Below, piece after piece: positions 38,699 to 47,003 of a stretch of DNA of 64,000 nt (position 1 is its first letter; each line of letters opens with the position of its first letter). The DNA is from Coprothermobacterota bacterium (GTDB lineage Bacteria; Coprothermobacterota; Coprothermobacteria; Coprothermobacterales; Coprothermobacteraceae). The notes beneath the pieces are model-generated. The model was not told where the DNA came from. It did no database searches and was given only the letters and a program-made list of their open reading frames with translations. The DNA lies in the NCBI GenBank assembly GCA_036679065.1, contig JAZIGN010000003.1, positions 609,853 through 673,852 of the forward strand, in the 5' to 3' direction. Made by a program: the position numbers and the translations under genes.

Positions 38699-39970
38699 CT
38701 AGGTAAAGTCCTGCAAGACAGCATTAACTGCCAAGGCGTACCGAAGCCTCATTCTTACAATTTCACAGCTTAGGGGGTTCTGGCCCCATATGTTCCCCGT
38801 GGTGAAAAAGCTATCTGCATGGCAACCACCACCGCACAAAGCTCTTGCCCAGCATTCTTGACAATGTTTTTTGTTGAGTGCGTGGGCTTTCACAAAATCA
38901 GGATGTGGCTTTACCACAGCTTGTCCAACGTTACCCATTTTGTATGACAGGACGTTGTCAAATTGGTGACAGGGGAAGATATCTCCCTTTGGGTTTACCG
39001 CGAGGTATTCCACACCAGCTCCACAACCAGTAAAACGCCTTAACACTGAGGGTGGATTCATTGGGTTGAGCTCAAAGTGGTAAAAGTAGAATCTCTTATC
39101 ATTTCCTTCCTTAGCGCGCATCAAATAGAAATTTGCTAACTTTTCGTACTCCTGCTCAATTATGGGCAAATCAGACCACTTTATGCTCCATGGTAGCCCT
39201 TCGCCTGTTACTGGCTCCATAGAAATGGTCTTGAAACCCTGATCCACCAAAAACTTGACAGACTCTGAGAAATTCAGTGTGTCATGGGTGAAAGTGCCTC
39301 GTACGTAGTAGTTTTTCCCTTGGCGCCTCCGCTCTACCTCTTTGAAAGCTTCAATCACCTTGTCGAAGGTGCCATTTCCTGCTCTGTCAACGCGAAACTT
39401 GTCATGAACCACCCTTGGACCATCCAGTGACAATGTCAGATTTACATTGTACCGATCAAGTACATCCAGCTTATCCGGGGTTAGTAGCAGTCCATTAGTG
39501 GTCAGAGAAAACCTTACTTTCTTGTTCTTTGCCATGGCTCTTTCTGTGGCATAAGCTAGGGTTTGCTCAACGGTGTCCCAAGCAATAAGCGGCTCACCAC
39601 CGAAAAAATCAATATCTGCCCAGGAAGAAGAGCTTTCCATGAGTAAGTCCACAGCATCCTTTGCAACGGCAAAGTCCATGACAGCTTGCTGACCACCGTA
39701 GTTGCCTTGCTGAGCAAAACAGTATTTGCAAGCCATGTTGCAAGTATGAGTTACGTTCAGACACAGAGCACTAAGCTGCCTTGGTCTCTGTTCAAGTTGG
39801 TTTCTGAGCCATTCCAAGGTGGGCTGCTCAGGTAACACAGCTGTGAGCTCATCAGGGCACTCGCCTTGCTGAACGTTTTCAAAAACTTCCTGGTCAACTT
39901 CAAAAAAAGAGCCCGTTTCTTCGTGGACGACGAAGAAACGGCCTAAAAGAGAAAATGGGTAAAGACTCAC
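38699..39970 (-). CDS. scfB: Radical SAM/SPASM ranthipeptide maturase (SCIFF maturase, ScfB/CteB-like)
   Basis: ALCLNVTHTCNMACKYCFA, DFFGGEP, YYVRGTFT, GCGAGVEYLAV..GDIFPCHQF, CQECWARALCGGGCHA. Confidence 0.88.
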   Translation of the reverse strand: MSLYPFSLLGRFFVVHEETGSFFEVDQEVFENVQQGECPDELTAVLPEQPTLEWLRNQLEQRPRQLSALCLNVTHTCNMACKYCFAQQGNYGGQQAVMDFAVAKDAVDLLMESSSSWADIDFFGGEPLIAWDTVEQTLAYATERAMAKNKKVRFSLTTNGLLLTPDKLDVLDRYNVNLTLSLDGPRVVHDKFRVDRAGNGTFDKVIEAFKEVERRRQGKNYYVRGTFTHDTLNFSESVKFLVDQGFKTISMEPVTGEGLPWSIKWSDLPIIEQEYEKLANFYLMRAKEGNDKRFYFYHFELNPMNPPSVLRRFTGCGAGVEYLAVNPKGDIFPCHQFDNVLSYKMGNVGQAVVKPHPDFVKAHALNKKHCQECWARALCGGGCHADSFFTTGNIWGQNPLSCEIVRMRLRYALAVNAVLQDFT

Positions 39971-40086
39971 TGCTCAGGTTCGAAGGTGACGTTGCTAACA
40001 GTTGCTGACGTTTTGCAGGCTGTTTGGCATGCACCTTTAAAATCTTCGTCCTTTTGCAGCTCGTTCCTTATGATAACTTTGACCAT
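39967..40086 (-). CDS. scfA: Ranthipeptide precursor, divergent two-cysteine SCIFF/ScfA homolog (39 aa)
   Basis: Not in the ORF track. Translates to MVKVIIRNELQKDEDFKGACQTACKTSATVSNVTFEPEQ*. AAGGAGGTG RBS at 40098-40106; the TGA stop overlaps the maturase GTG start. Confidence 0.85.
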   Translation of the reverse strand: MVKVIIRNELQKDEDFKGACQTACKTSATVSNVTFEPEQ

Positions 40087-40170
40087 CGTTTGTCTTGCAC
40101 CTCCTTGGGAAACAATGTGCGTAATATACATATATTATGCGTGTGGAAAATCCACACTTTCATTTTAACA

Positions 40171-41250
40171 TCATAGAAGCCAGGAGAAATATTTGCCCAA
40201 GAAACGCTCTGCTTTTTTCTTATAAAGACCCTTGTTGAACTCCGCTGACTTTAATAAGGCTTTTTGTACAAAGTGTTTCTCTTCACGCTGGTCTCTTTGT
40301 GCGTTGAGTATGGCATCAGCTGCTCTTTTCCCGCTGCTGCCATCACGCACGGCAAACCATTCTTCTGCTACTGCTTTACGTTTCTCAAGGTAGGGGTCTT
40401 GACCCAGTGCTTGTAGGACATAATCCATGAGTAACGTTTGATCACTGGTGTGAAGTGCGTAATTACGTACCACGTGTTCCAAACTGCTGGGTGTGGTGCT
40501 GGGAAAGGTTTCAGCCCCGGGTATGTCTGCTAGTATCAAAGGTTTATCTGCCAAAACGGCATCAAAGATGGCTCCTGAATAATCAGAAACTACCACATCC
40601 GCCGAAGCGAGCAGAGGCAATATGTCAACATCGCCTCCCAGTATTTCCACTTTTGAGAACACTTTCTTGAGCTCTGCGGCATTGGTTCCGTGGTGGGTTT
40701 TGAGAATCACATTAAAGTTTTCTGCCATCTTGCTTAGAACAGGCAGAACCCAAGATAAAGTGGATAGGTCATCATAGGTGGGCAAATACAATATGGTTTT
40801 CTTATCCTGGTTTACCGGATATGGTTCAACTTTGCCATTGAACCAATCATCGAATTTCGGGTTACCTACCTTCACTGTGGGCCCATAAAAAGACAGAATC
40901 TTTGCATCGTAGCTACCATAAACTAGAAATTCGTCAAACAACATATTCCACCAACCGTAGTTCCAAGTGGCTTTACTCAAACCATAAACCATGCGCACAA
41001 ATATTTTTTCTTGATTTTCCTTGTAAACCAGAGGCATCAGAAAAGGGCAAACCAATACGTCAAAATCTTTTATCACTTGCGGGTTTTCCACTGCGTCAAG
41101 CACATGCCTGTCTCTAAAGAATTCTCGTGCAGATCTGTATTGACGAGGATTGGATTCTACCAAAACGTAGTTACTATTGCTTAAGAGTTTCTTCACGGGG
41201 TCAAATAAATAGTAGTGGAATGGCGTAGTACACAGGAACCCTATCTGCAT
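40171..41250 (-). CDS. CDP-glycerol:glycerophosphate transferase family protein (TagB/TagF-like)
   Basis: VGNPKFD, ILYLPTY, LKTHH, ADVVVSDYSGAIFD, DGSSGKRAA; likely start ATG 41250 overlapping the tagA-like stop. Confidence 0.75.
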   Translation of the reverse strand: MQIGFLCTTPFHYYLFDPVKKLLSNSNYVLVESNPRQYRSAREFFRDRHVLDAVENPQVIKDFDVLVCPFLMPLVYKENQEKIFVRMVYGLSKATWNYGWWNMLFDEFLVYGSYDAKILSFYGPTVKVGNPKFDDWFNGKVEPYPVNQDKKTILYLPTYDDLSTLSWVLPVLSKMAENFNVILKTHHGTNAAELKKVFSKVEILGGDVDILPLLASADVVVSDYSGAIFDAVLADKPLILADIPGAETFPSTTPSSLEHVVRNYALHTSDQTLLMDYVLQALGQDPYLEKRKAVAEEWFAVRDGSSGKRAADAILNAQRDQREEKHFVQKALLKSAEFNKGLYKKKAERFLGKYFSWLL

Positions 41251-41930
41251 ATCAGAGTAAACCGAAATGCCTTTGCCAGCCGTTTCCAGCGGTTCGGGTT
41301 TAATCCTGCTCTCCATAGCCATTCCAGATGGAGTTTCCTCATCCATTTGGGTGCTCTCTTTTTTATTCCTGCCCATACGTCAAAACTACCGCCAATTCCC
41401 AATGCCAATTTTACTCCAAGTTTTTCTTTATTCCTATATATAAACAGATCTTGCTTCGGGGCGCCCGTGGCCACCAGTAGTACATCTGCACCGCTTTCTT
41501 GTATCTTTTTTAGGGCTTCGGCTTCACTTGAATAGCCGTGTTCAATGCCAGCCAACTTGAACTTGTAGCGTTTTTTAAGGTTTTCCACAGCTTTGTGAGC
41601 CACACCTGGTTGAGCTCCATAGAAAAAGAAAGACAGGTTTTCGCCTTTAGAGAGGAGGTATTCCGCAAGCTCAATACCAGGTTGCCTTTGTAGGTAATAG
41701 CCTTTTCTTTTTGCTGCCATCACAATTCCCGTTCCGTCGGGAATAACGAAAGCGGCATCAAAAAGTGCTTTATGTAGTTCTTCATTATGCCAGCTGTCAT
41801 AGGCGATTTCAGGGTTTAATGTGATTACTTGTTTAACTACGTATACTGAAGCATCATCTTGTATACTGTCGTATATCTCCGAAAAGTCCACTTTGTCCAC
41901 GCGAATACCGCAGAAAAAAAAGCTCTTCAT
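41241..41930 (-). CDS. tagA: WecB/TagA/CpsF family glycosyltransferase
   Basis: TLNPE, PDGTG, GAPKQD, GIGGSFDV, KRAPKW, LEWLWR; start ATG 41930 (the longer ORF-track call is an antisense extension). Confidence 0.85.
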   Translation of the reverse strand: MKSFFFCGIRVDKVDFSEIYDSIQDDASVYVVKQVITLNPEIAYDSWHNEELHKALFDAAFVIPDGTGIVMAAKRKGYYLQRQPGIELAEYLLSKGENLSFFFYGAQPGVAHKAVENLKKRYKFKLAGIEHGYSSEAEALKKIQESGADVLLVATGAPKQDLFIYRNKEKLGVKLALGIGGSFDVWAGIKKRAPKWMRKLHLEWLWRAGLNPNRWKRLAKAFRFTLICR

Positions 41931-41999
41931 TGTATATAATTTTAACATCGGAATAAACTTCATCATTGAGTCCGTAGTAACTACATAGGAGGTGTTCAC

Positions 42000-43316
42000 A
42001 TGAAGAAGAAAGTCATCATCATGGGGGCTGCTGGACGCGATTTTCACAACTTTAACGTGTTTTTCAGGGACAACGAAGAATACGAAGTAGTCGCTTTCAC
42101 AGCTACTCAGATTCCCAACATTGAAGGCAGGAAGTACCCTGCAGAATTGGCAGGCTCTCTTTATCCAAATGGTATCGACATTTATCCAGAGTCTCAGTTG
42201 GATGAGCTTATTAAGAAATTCAATGTGGACTTGGTAGTGTTTAGCTACTCTGACGTTGCACACGAATACGTTATGCACAAGGCTTCGCAAGCCATGGTTG
42301 CAGGAGCTTCTTTCATGCTTCTCGGGCCTAAGCAGACCATGGTTGAATCCAGCAAGCCCGTAATTGCCGTATGCGCTGGCAGAACCGGGTCTGGAAAGAG
42401 CCAGACTACCCGCCGCGTTGTTGAAATACTTCGTGATCTGGGTAAAAAGGTCGTTGTGGTAAGGCATCCCATGCCCTACGGTGACTTGGTGGCTCAGAAG
42501 GTGCAGCGTTTTGCCACCTATGATGATCTTGATTATCATAAGTGCACCATTGAAGAGCGCGAAGAGTATGAGCCACATATTGACCGCGGCGCAATAGTTT
42601 ATGCGGGAGTGGACTATGAAGCCATACTCAGACAAGCTGAGCAAGAGGCGGACGTTGTTATATGGGATGGAGGCAACAACGACTTTCCATTCTATAAGCC
42701 GGATCTCATGATTACCGTTGTTGATCCTCACAGACCTGGACACGAAATCGCTTATCACCCAGGTGAAGTGAATGTGCGCATGGCTGATGTGGTGGTCATA
42801 AACAAGGAAGACACGGCAAACTTTGAAGATATTGAAGAAGTCAGGGAAAATGTAAGGCACGTCAATCCACAAGCCATCTTTATCGATGCAGCTTCCCCAC
42901 TTTTTGTTGAGGACATCTCCCAAATTGCAAATAAGCGTGTCGTAGTAGTAGAAGATGGACCCACGCTGACCCACGGTGGCATGTCCTATGGAGCCGGATA
43001 CATTGCTGCTATAAAGTATGGTGCAGCTGAGATTGTTTCACCAAAACCATATGCTGTGGGGACCATTGCTGAAACCTATGCAAAGTACGGACAAGTGGAA
43101 GAGGTTCTACCTGCCATGGGTTACAGTGAACGACAAATCAAAGATCTTGAGGAGACTTTGAACAGAGTTCCTGCTGATGTCATCGTTTCTGGCACTCCCA
43201 TAAACATAAGCAGATTGGTTAAGGTAAACAAACCCATCGTACGTGTCATGTACGAGCTTGAAGAGATTGGGAAGCCCACACTCAAAGACGTTATCATGGA
43301 GAAAATGAGGTGGTAA
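42000..43316 (+). CDS. CpgS-like P-loop protein, probable arginine synthetase (ArcE-like)
   Basis: MGAAGRDFHNFN, RTGSGKSQT, RHPMPYGDL, EEREEYE, WDGGNNDFPF, EDGPTLTHGGM; directly upstream of OTC and carbamate kinase. Confidence 0.8.
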   Translation: MKKKVIIMGAAGRDFHNFNVFFRDNEEYEVVAFTATQIPNIEGRKYPAELAGSLYPNGIDIYPESQLDELIKKFNVDLVVFSYSDVAHEYVMHKASQAMVAGASFMLLGPKQTMVESSKPVIAVCAGRTGSGKSQTTRRVVEILRDLGKKVVVVRHPMPYGDLVAQKVQRFATYDDLDYHKCTIEEREEYEPHIDRGAIVYAGVDYEAILRQAEQEADVVIWDGGNNDFPFYKPDLMITVVDPHRPGHEIAYHPGEVNVRMADVVVINKEDTANFEDIEEVRENVRHVNPQAIFIDAASPLFVEDISQIANKRVVVVEDGPTLTHGGMSYGAGYIAAIKYGAAEIVSPKPYAVGTIAETYAKYGQVEEVLPAMGYSERQIKDLEETLNRVPADVIVSGTPINISRLVKVNKPIVRVMYELEEIGKPTLKDVIMEKMRW

Positions 43317-43317
43317 C

Positions 43318-44256
43318 GTGTCTGTAAAACTTAAGGGAAGGGATTTACTCTCCATTGCTGATCTCACTGAGGAAGAGTTTTGGGAGCTTTTGGAATTCGC
43401 TAAATTGCTGAAGTTGGAGACCTTAGCAGGGAAGAGGCACGAGTACTTGAAGGGGAAAACACTTGCCATGATATTCCAGAAACCTTCCACGAGAACGCGT
43501 GTGGCTTTTGAAGTGGGTATGTACCAGCTTGGTGGCTACGCGCTTTATCTGTCTTCCAACGATATGCAGCTCAGACGTGGTGAAACCATTGCTGACACGG
43601 CTCGAGTTTTGAGCAGGTTTGTAGACGGCATCATGGCAAGAGTCTTTGATCATCAAGATGTAGTGGATTTGGCAAAGTACGGAAGTGTACCAGTCATCAA
43701 TGGTTTGTCGGATGAGGAGCACCCTAGCCAAGTTTTGGCAGACTTCTTAACCATCTGGGAAAAATTCGGCACTTTGAAGGGGCTTAAGTTGGCATACGTG
43801 GGTGATGGCAATAATGTCGCCCATTCGTTACTGCTAGCTGCAGGTTTAGTGGGCATGGATATTGCGGTTGCCACACCACAGGGTTATGAACCAAAGTCCT
43901 TCTATGTGGAAAAAGCAAAGGAATTAGCTGCGAGGCATGGCAGCTCTGTACAAGTGCTAAGAGATCCTGTGGAGGCGGTTACCGGAGCCAACGCTGTTTA
44001 CACTGATGTTTGGGCTTCCATGGGCCAAGAAGCAGAGCACGAGGAGCGACTTAAGATTTTTAAACCGTATCAAGTTAACCCAGAACTGATGAGTCATGCT
44101 GACAAAAATGCCATCTTCCTTCATTGCTTGCCTGCCCATCGCGGTGAAGAAGTAGTGGATGAAGTAGCCGACAGCCCTCAGTCTGCCATTTTCGATGAAG
44201 CAGAAAACAGATTGCATGCACATAAAGCTATTTTGGCCTTGTTAATGGGAGATTAG
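43318..44256 (+). CDS. argF: Ornithine carbamoyltransferase
   Basis: STRTR, HPSQ, GDGNNVAHS, DVWASMG, HCLP, AENRLH; catabolic (arcB) role suggested by context. Confidence 0.95.
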   Translation: MSVKLKGRDLLSIADLTEEEFWELLEFAKLLKLETLAGKRHEYLKGKTLAMIFQKPSTRTRVAFEVGMYQLGGYALYLSSNDMQLRRGETIADTARVLSRFVDGIMARVFDHQDVVDLAKYGSVPVINGLSDEEHPSQVLADFLTIWEKFGTLKGLKLAYVGDGNNVAHSLLLAAGLVGMDIAVATPQGYEPKSFYVEKAKELAARHGSSVQVLRDPVEAVTGANAVYTDVWASMGQEAEHEERLKIFKPYQVNPELMSHADKNAIFLHCLPAHRGEEVVDEVADSPQSAIFDEAENRLHAHKAILALLMGD

Positions 44257-45197
44257 TGCTCATGAAAGTAGTTCTTGCCTTGGGCGGAAACGCTCTCCAA
44301 CTTCCAGACGGGCCCGATGGCATAGAGGGGCAGCAGTATGCCGCTGAGCGTACTGCTGCTCAGCTTTTGCGACTAGTCACTGATAAGAGTATCAGTTTAG
44401 CCATAACCCATGGTAACGGGCCACAAGTGGGTACAGAACTTCTGCGCCATGACAGGGCAAAGGACGTGGTCACTCCTTTCCCCTTAGATGTGTTGGATGC
44501 AACCACAGAGGGTTATATTGGGTACGTGCTTCAAAATGCCTTTCATAACGCCGTAGCATTGGCAAAAGAAAAACGAAGCTTTGTTTCTTTGGTGACGCAA
44601 GTAGTCGTAGATGAGGATGATCCAGCCTTCAATAACCCAAGCAAGTTTGTAGGGCCCACATACGACTACGAGACTGCGATGCAAATTCAAGCTGAAAAAG
44701 GCTGGGTTTTCAAAGAAGACAAAGGCAGAGGGTACAGGCGTGTGGTGCCATCTCCCATGCCGCGTAGAATTGTTGAACTTTCCTCCATTAGGGCATTAAT
44801 GGAGGAAGGTATTGTGCCTATCACCGTGGGTGGCGGTGGTATTCCTGTTGTGGAGCATGACGGAGCTTTGCGCGGAGTGGAAGCTGTCATTGATAAGGAT
44901 TTAGCGTCTTCCTTATTGGCAGTAGAGCTAAAAGCAGAGCTTTTTGTCATATTGACTCAGGTAGACAAGGTCTACATCAACTACAAAAGTGATCACCAGC
45001 AGCCTTTAGAAAGGGCGAAGCTGGATTACTTAAAAGAGCTATATGACCAAGGGCACTTCCCTGCTGGGTCTATGGGTCCCAAGATTTTGGCTGCCATCAA
45101 GTACTTGGAAAACGTTGATGGCCAGGTTGCAATTGGGTCTTTGGAAGAAGCGGAGGCAGTAGTAAGGGGTGTAGCTGGTACAATAATTTATCGATGA
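44256..45197 (+). CDS. arcC: Carbamate kinase
   Basis: ALGGNAL, THGNGPQVG, RRVVPSP, GGGGIPV, EAVIDKD, GSMGPK. Confidence 0.95.
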   Translation: MLMKVVLALGGNALQLPDGPDGIEGQQYAAERTAAQLLRLVTDKSISLAITHGNGPQVGTELLRHDRAKDVVTPFPLDVLDATTEGYIGYVLQNAFHNAVALAKEKRSFVSLVTQVVVDEDDPAFNNPSKFVGPTYDYETAMQIQAEKGWVFKEDKGRGYRRVVPSPMPRRIVELSSIRALMEEGIVPITVGGGGIPVVEHDGALRGVEAVIDKDLASSLLAVELKAELFVILTQVDKVYINYKSDHQQPLERAKLDYLKELYDQGHFPAGSMGPKILAAIKYLENVDGQVAIGSLEEAEAVVRGVAGTIIYR

Positions 45198-45994
45198 TAA
45201 GTAATTTCTTGCCAAGTGTGGGAACAATTCTTGGTGCCGTCATCGATGTGGCGTTGGTGACGGCATTGTTGTATTGGCTGTTGTCCAGTATTTACGGGAC
45301 ACGGGGCTATCATTTGGCACGAGGGTTGCTAATCATATTAGCTAGTTTAGCTGTACTCAGTTGGCTGGGTAAATTGTTTTCTTCATTGCAGCTTACAACA
45401 TGGCTTTTCAACAATGTCGCCACCATGATGATCTTTGCCATACCTGTCATTTTTCAGCCAGAACTTCGGCGAGCTTTGGAGGAGTTCAGTTTGGATCCTT
45501 TTAAGAACCTTTTTAAAGCTGTTCCTGAGTACGATATCAAGCGTGTCATTAATGAAGTAGTCAGAGCTGTGGAACTTTTGTCGGCTAACCGTACCGGTGC
45601 TCTAATTGTGTTTGAAGGTAAAGTGGGTCTAAAGGATCTCATACAACAATCAGGAACTATGTTAAACGCTCAGGTTTCTGCAGACCTACTCTTGTCCATA
45701 TTTAATACTAGGAGTCCTCTCCATGATGGCGCCGTAATCATTAAGGAAGACCGCATTGTGGCTGCACGGGTCATACTTCCGTTGGCTGATAGGCGAGATG
45801 ACCGCATTGGAACACGGCACAGGGCGGCCATTGGCATCAGTGAAGAAACCGATGCAGTGGCATTAGTGGTTTCTGAAGAAACTGGTATCATCAGCTTTGC
45901 CTATAAAGGTCACCTAACCAGGTATGTGGAGCTAAAAGACCTGCCTTTTATATTAGAATCTTTTATATCTCCTGGTGGGAACCATGAAAAATAA
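45194..45994 (+). CDS. cdaA: Diadenylate cyclase CdaA
   Basis: Three N-terminal TMs, FQPELRRAL, PLHDGAV, GTRHRAA, VSEETG. Confidence 0.93.
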   Translation: MISNFLPSVGTILGAVIDVALVTALLYWLLSSIYGTRGYHLARGLLIILASLAVLSWLGKLFSSLQLTTWLFNNVATMMIFAIPVIFQPELRRALEEFSLDPFKNLFKAVPEYDIKRVINEVVRAVELLSANRTGALIVFEGKVGLKDLIQQSGTMLNAQVSADLLLSIFNTRSPLHDGAVIIKEDRIVAARVILPLADRRDDRIGTRHRAAIGISEETDAVALVVSEETGIISFAYKGHLTRYVELKDLPFILESFISPGGNHEK

Positions 45995-47003
45995 TAGCAA
46001 GAAAAAATTCGAGTTTTCTGATAGGACTAAACTGCTACTACTGTCTTTTCTTATCGCTTTGGGCCTGTGGTCTTCAGTGGCTGCAGGGAGCTTGCCTGTA
46101 CGTGTAAGCGAACAAGTAGAAGTTCTGCAGGTCAACGGTCAGTCAAACTGGTACTACGAGGTCACGCCAGCGGTTGTGGAAGTTACTTACGAAGTGCCAC
46201 TCATAGGTGACAAGGAACCACCAGTGGTATTTGTGCGTCTGGATCAAGCAAAGTGGGGCGATCAAGAGTTAACTCTGCAGACCTTTGCTCCCACATCTGG
46301 TAGGCTTATTTCCATAAATCCGAGCAAAGTAAAGGTACACGTGGAGCCCATTGTTAGCAAGCTCATGCCAGTGAACTTACTCAATATGAAAGTGGAGCCA
46401 GGACAAGTCATTGTCACAGGACCTGAAACCGCTGTGGCAAAGGTCGCTGACATAAAAACAGAGAGCCCTGTTTCAGGTGCAGAAGTGATGCAGTTAAAGG
46501 CTATTGCTGTGGACAAATCAGGTAATTTAGTGGAGAACGTTAAGATTAGTCCTGACTTACTCACTGTTACGATTCAGCAAGCAAAGGACATTGTAACCAT
46601 GCAGGTTGCTGTACTTCCGCAGTTTGACGTGCCGCCAAACGTCTTTCTTAAGAGTTATTCTGTGAGACCTCGGGTAGTCACTGTGCAGGGTACGGCCAGT
46701 GCTCTTGAGTCTGTAGCTTTTATTCAGACTTCACGCGTGACGGTAGGGGCTGGGAGTAGCTCAGCTAAGGCTTCTCTTGAGTTACCTGAAGGTGTTGAAT
46801 TGCTGGAAACTGAGGACCAGTGGGTAACTGTGTCTTACTCTGCTGAGCGCATGGTGGCAAGCGAATTCATATTGGAAGGCAGTGTCTACAGATTCCTATG
46901 TCCGGAGTCTGTGCAGTTGACGGCTTCTGACATTGTTGTAACTGCCACTGGTGTGGATTACCCTTCCACATGTGTATTCTTAGGAAAAGGAGGCAACTAC
47001 TAA
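45984..47003 (+). CDS. cdaR: CdaR/YbbR-like regulator
   Basis: N-terminal TM, repeated P-x-x-V-x-V-x-G beta units; sits between cdaA and glmM. Confidence 0.8.
   Translation: MKNNSKKKFEFSDRTKLLLLSFLIALGLWSSVAAGSLPVRVSEQVEVLQVNGQSNWYYEVTPAVVEVTYEVPLIGDKEPPVVFVRLDQAKWGDQELTLQTFAPTSGRLISINPSKVKVHVEPIVSKLMPVNLLNMKVEPGQVIVTGPETAVAKVADIKTESPVSGAEVMQLKAIAVDKSGNLVENVKISPDLLTVTIQQAKDIVTMQVAVLPQFDVPPNVFLKSYSVRPRVVTVQGTASALESVAFIQTSRVTVGAGSSSAKASLELPEGVELLETEDQWVTVSYSAERMVASEFILEGSVYRFLCPESVQLTASDIVVTATGVDYPSTCVFLGKGGNY

Noticed and set aside
39986..40168. 60-aa plus-strand ORF
   Set aside because: Antisense to the ranthipeptide precursor, which has the RBS, the coupling and the homology.
41251..41376. 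N-terminal extension of ORF 40171..41376
   Set aside because: It would overlap tagA by 136 nt; ATG 41250 at the tagA stop is the more plausible start.
41931..42974. N-terminal extension of the 577-aa minus-strand ORF 41241..42974
   Set aside because: Antisense shadow of the arcE-like gene; TagA similarity begins only at ATG 41930.
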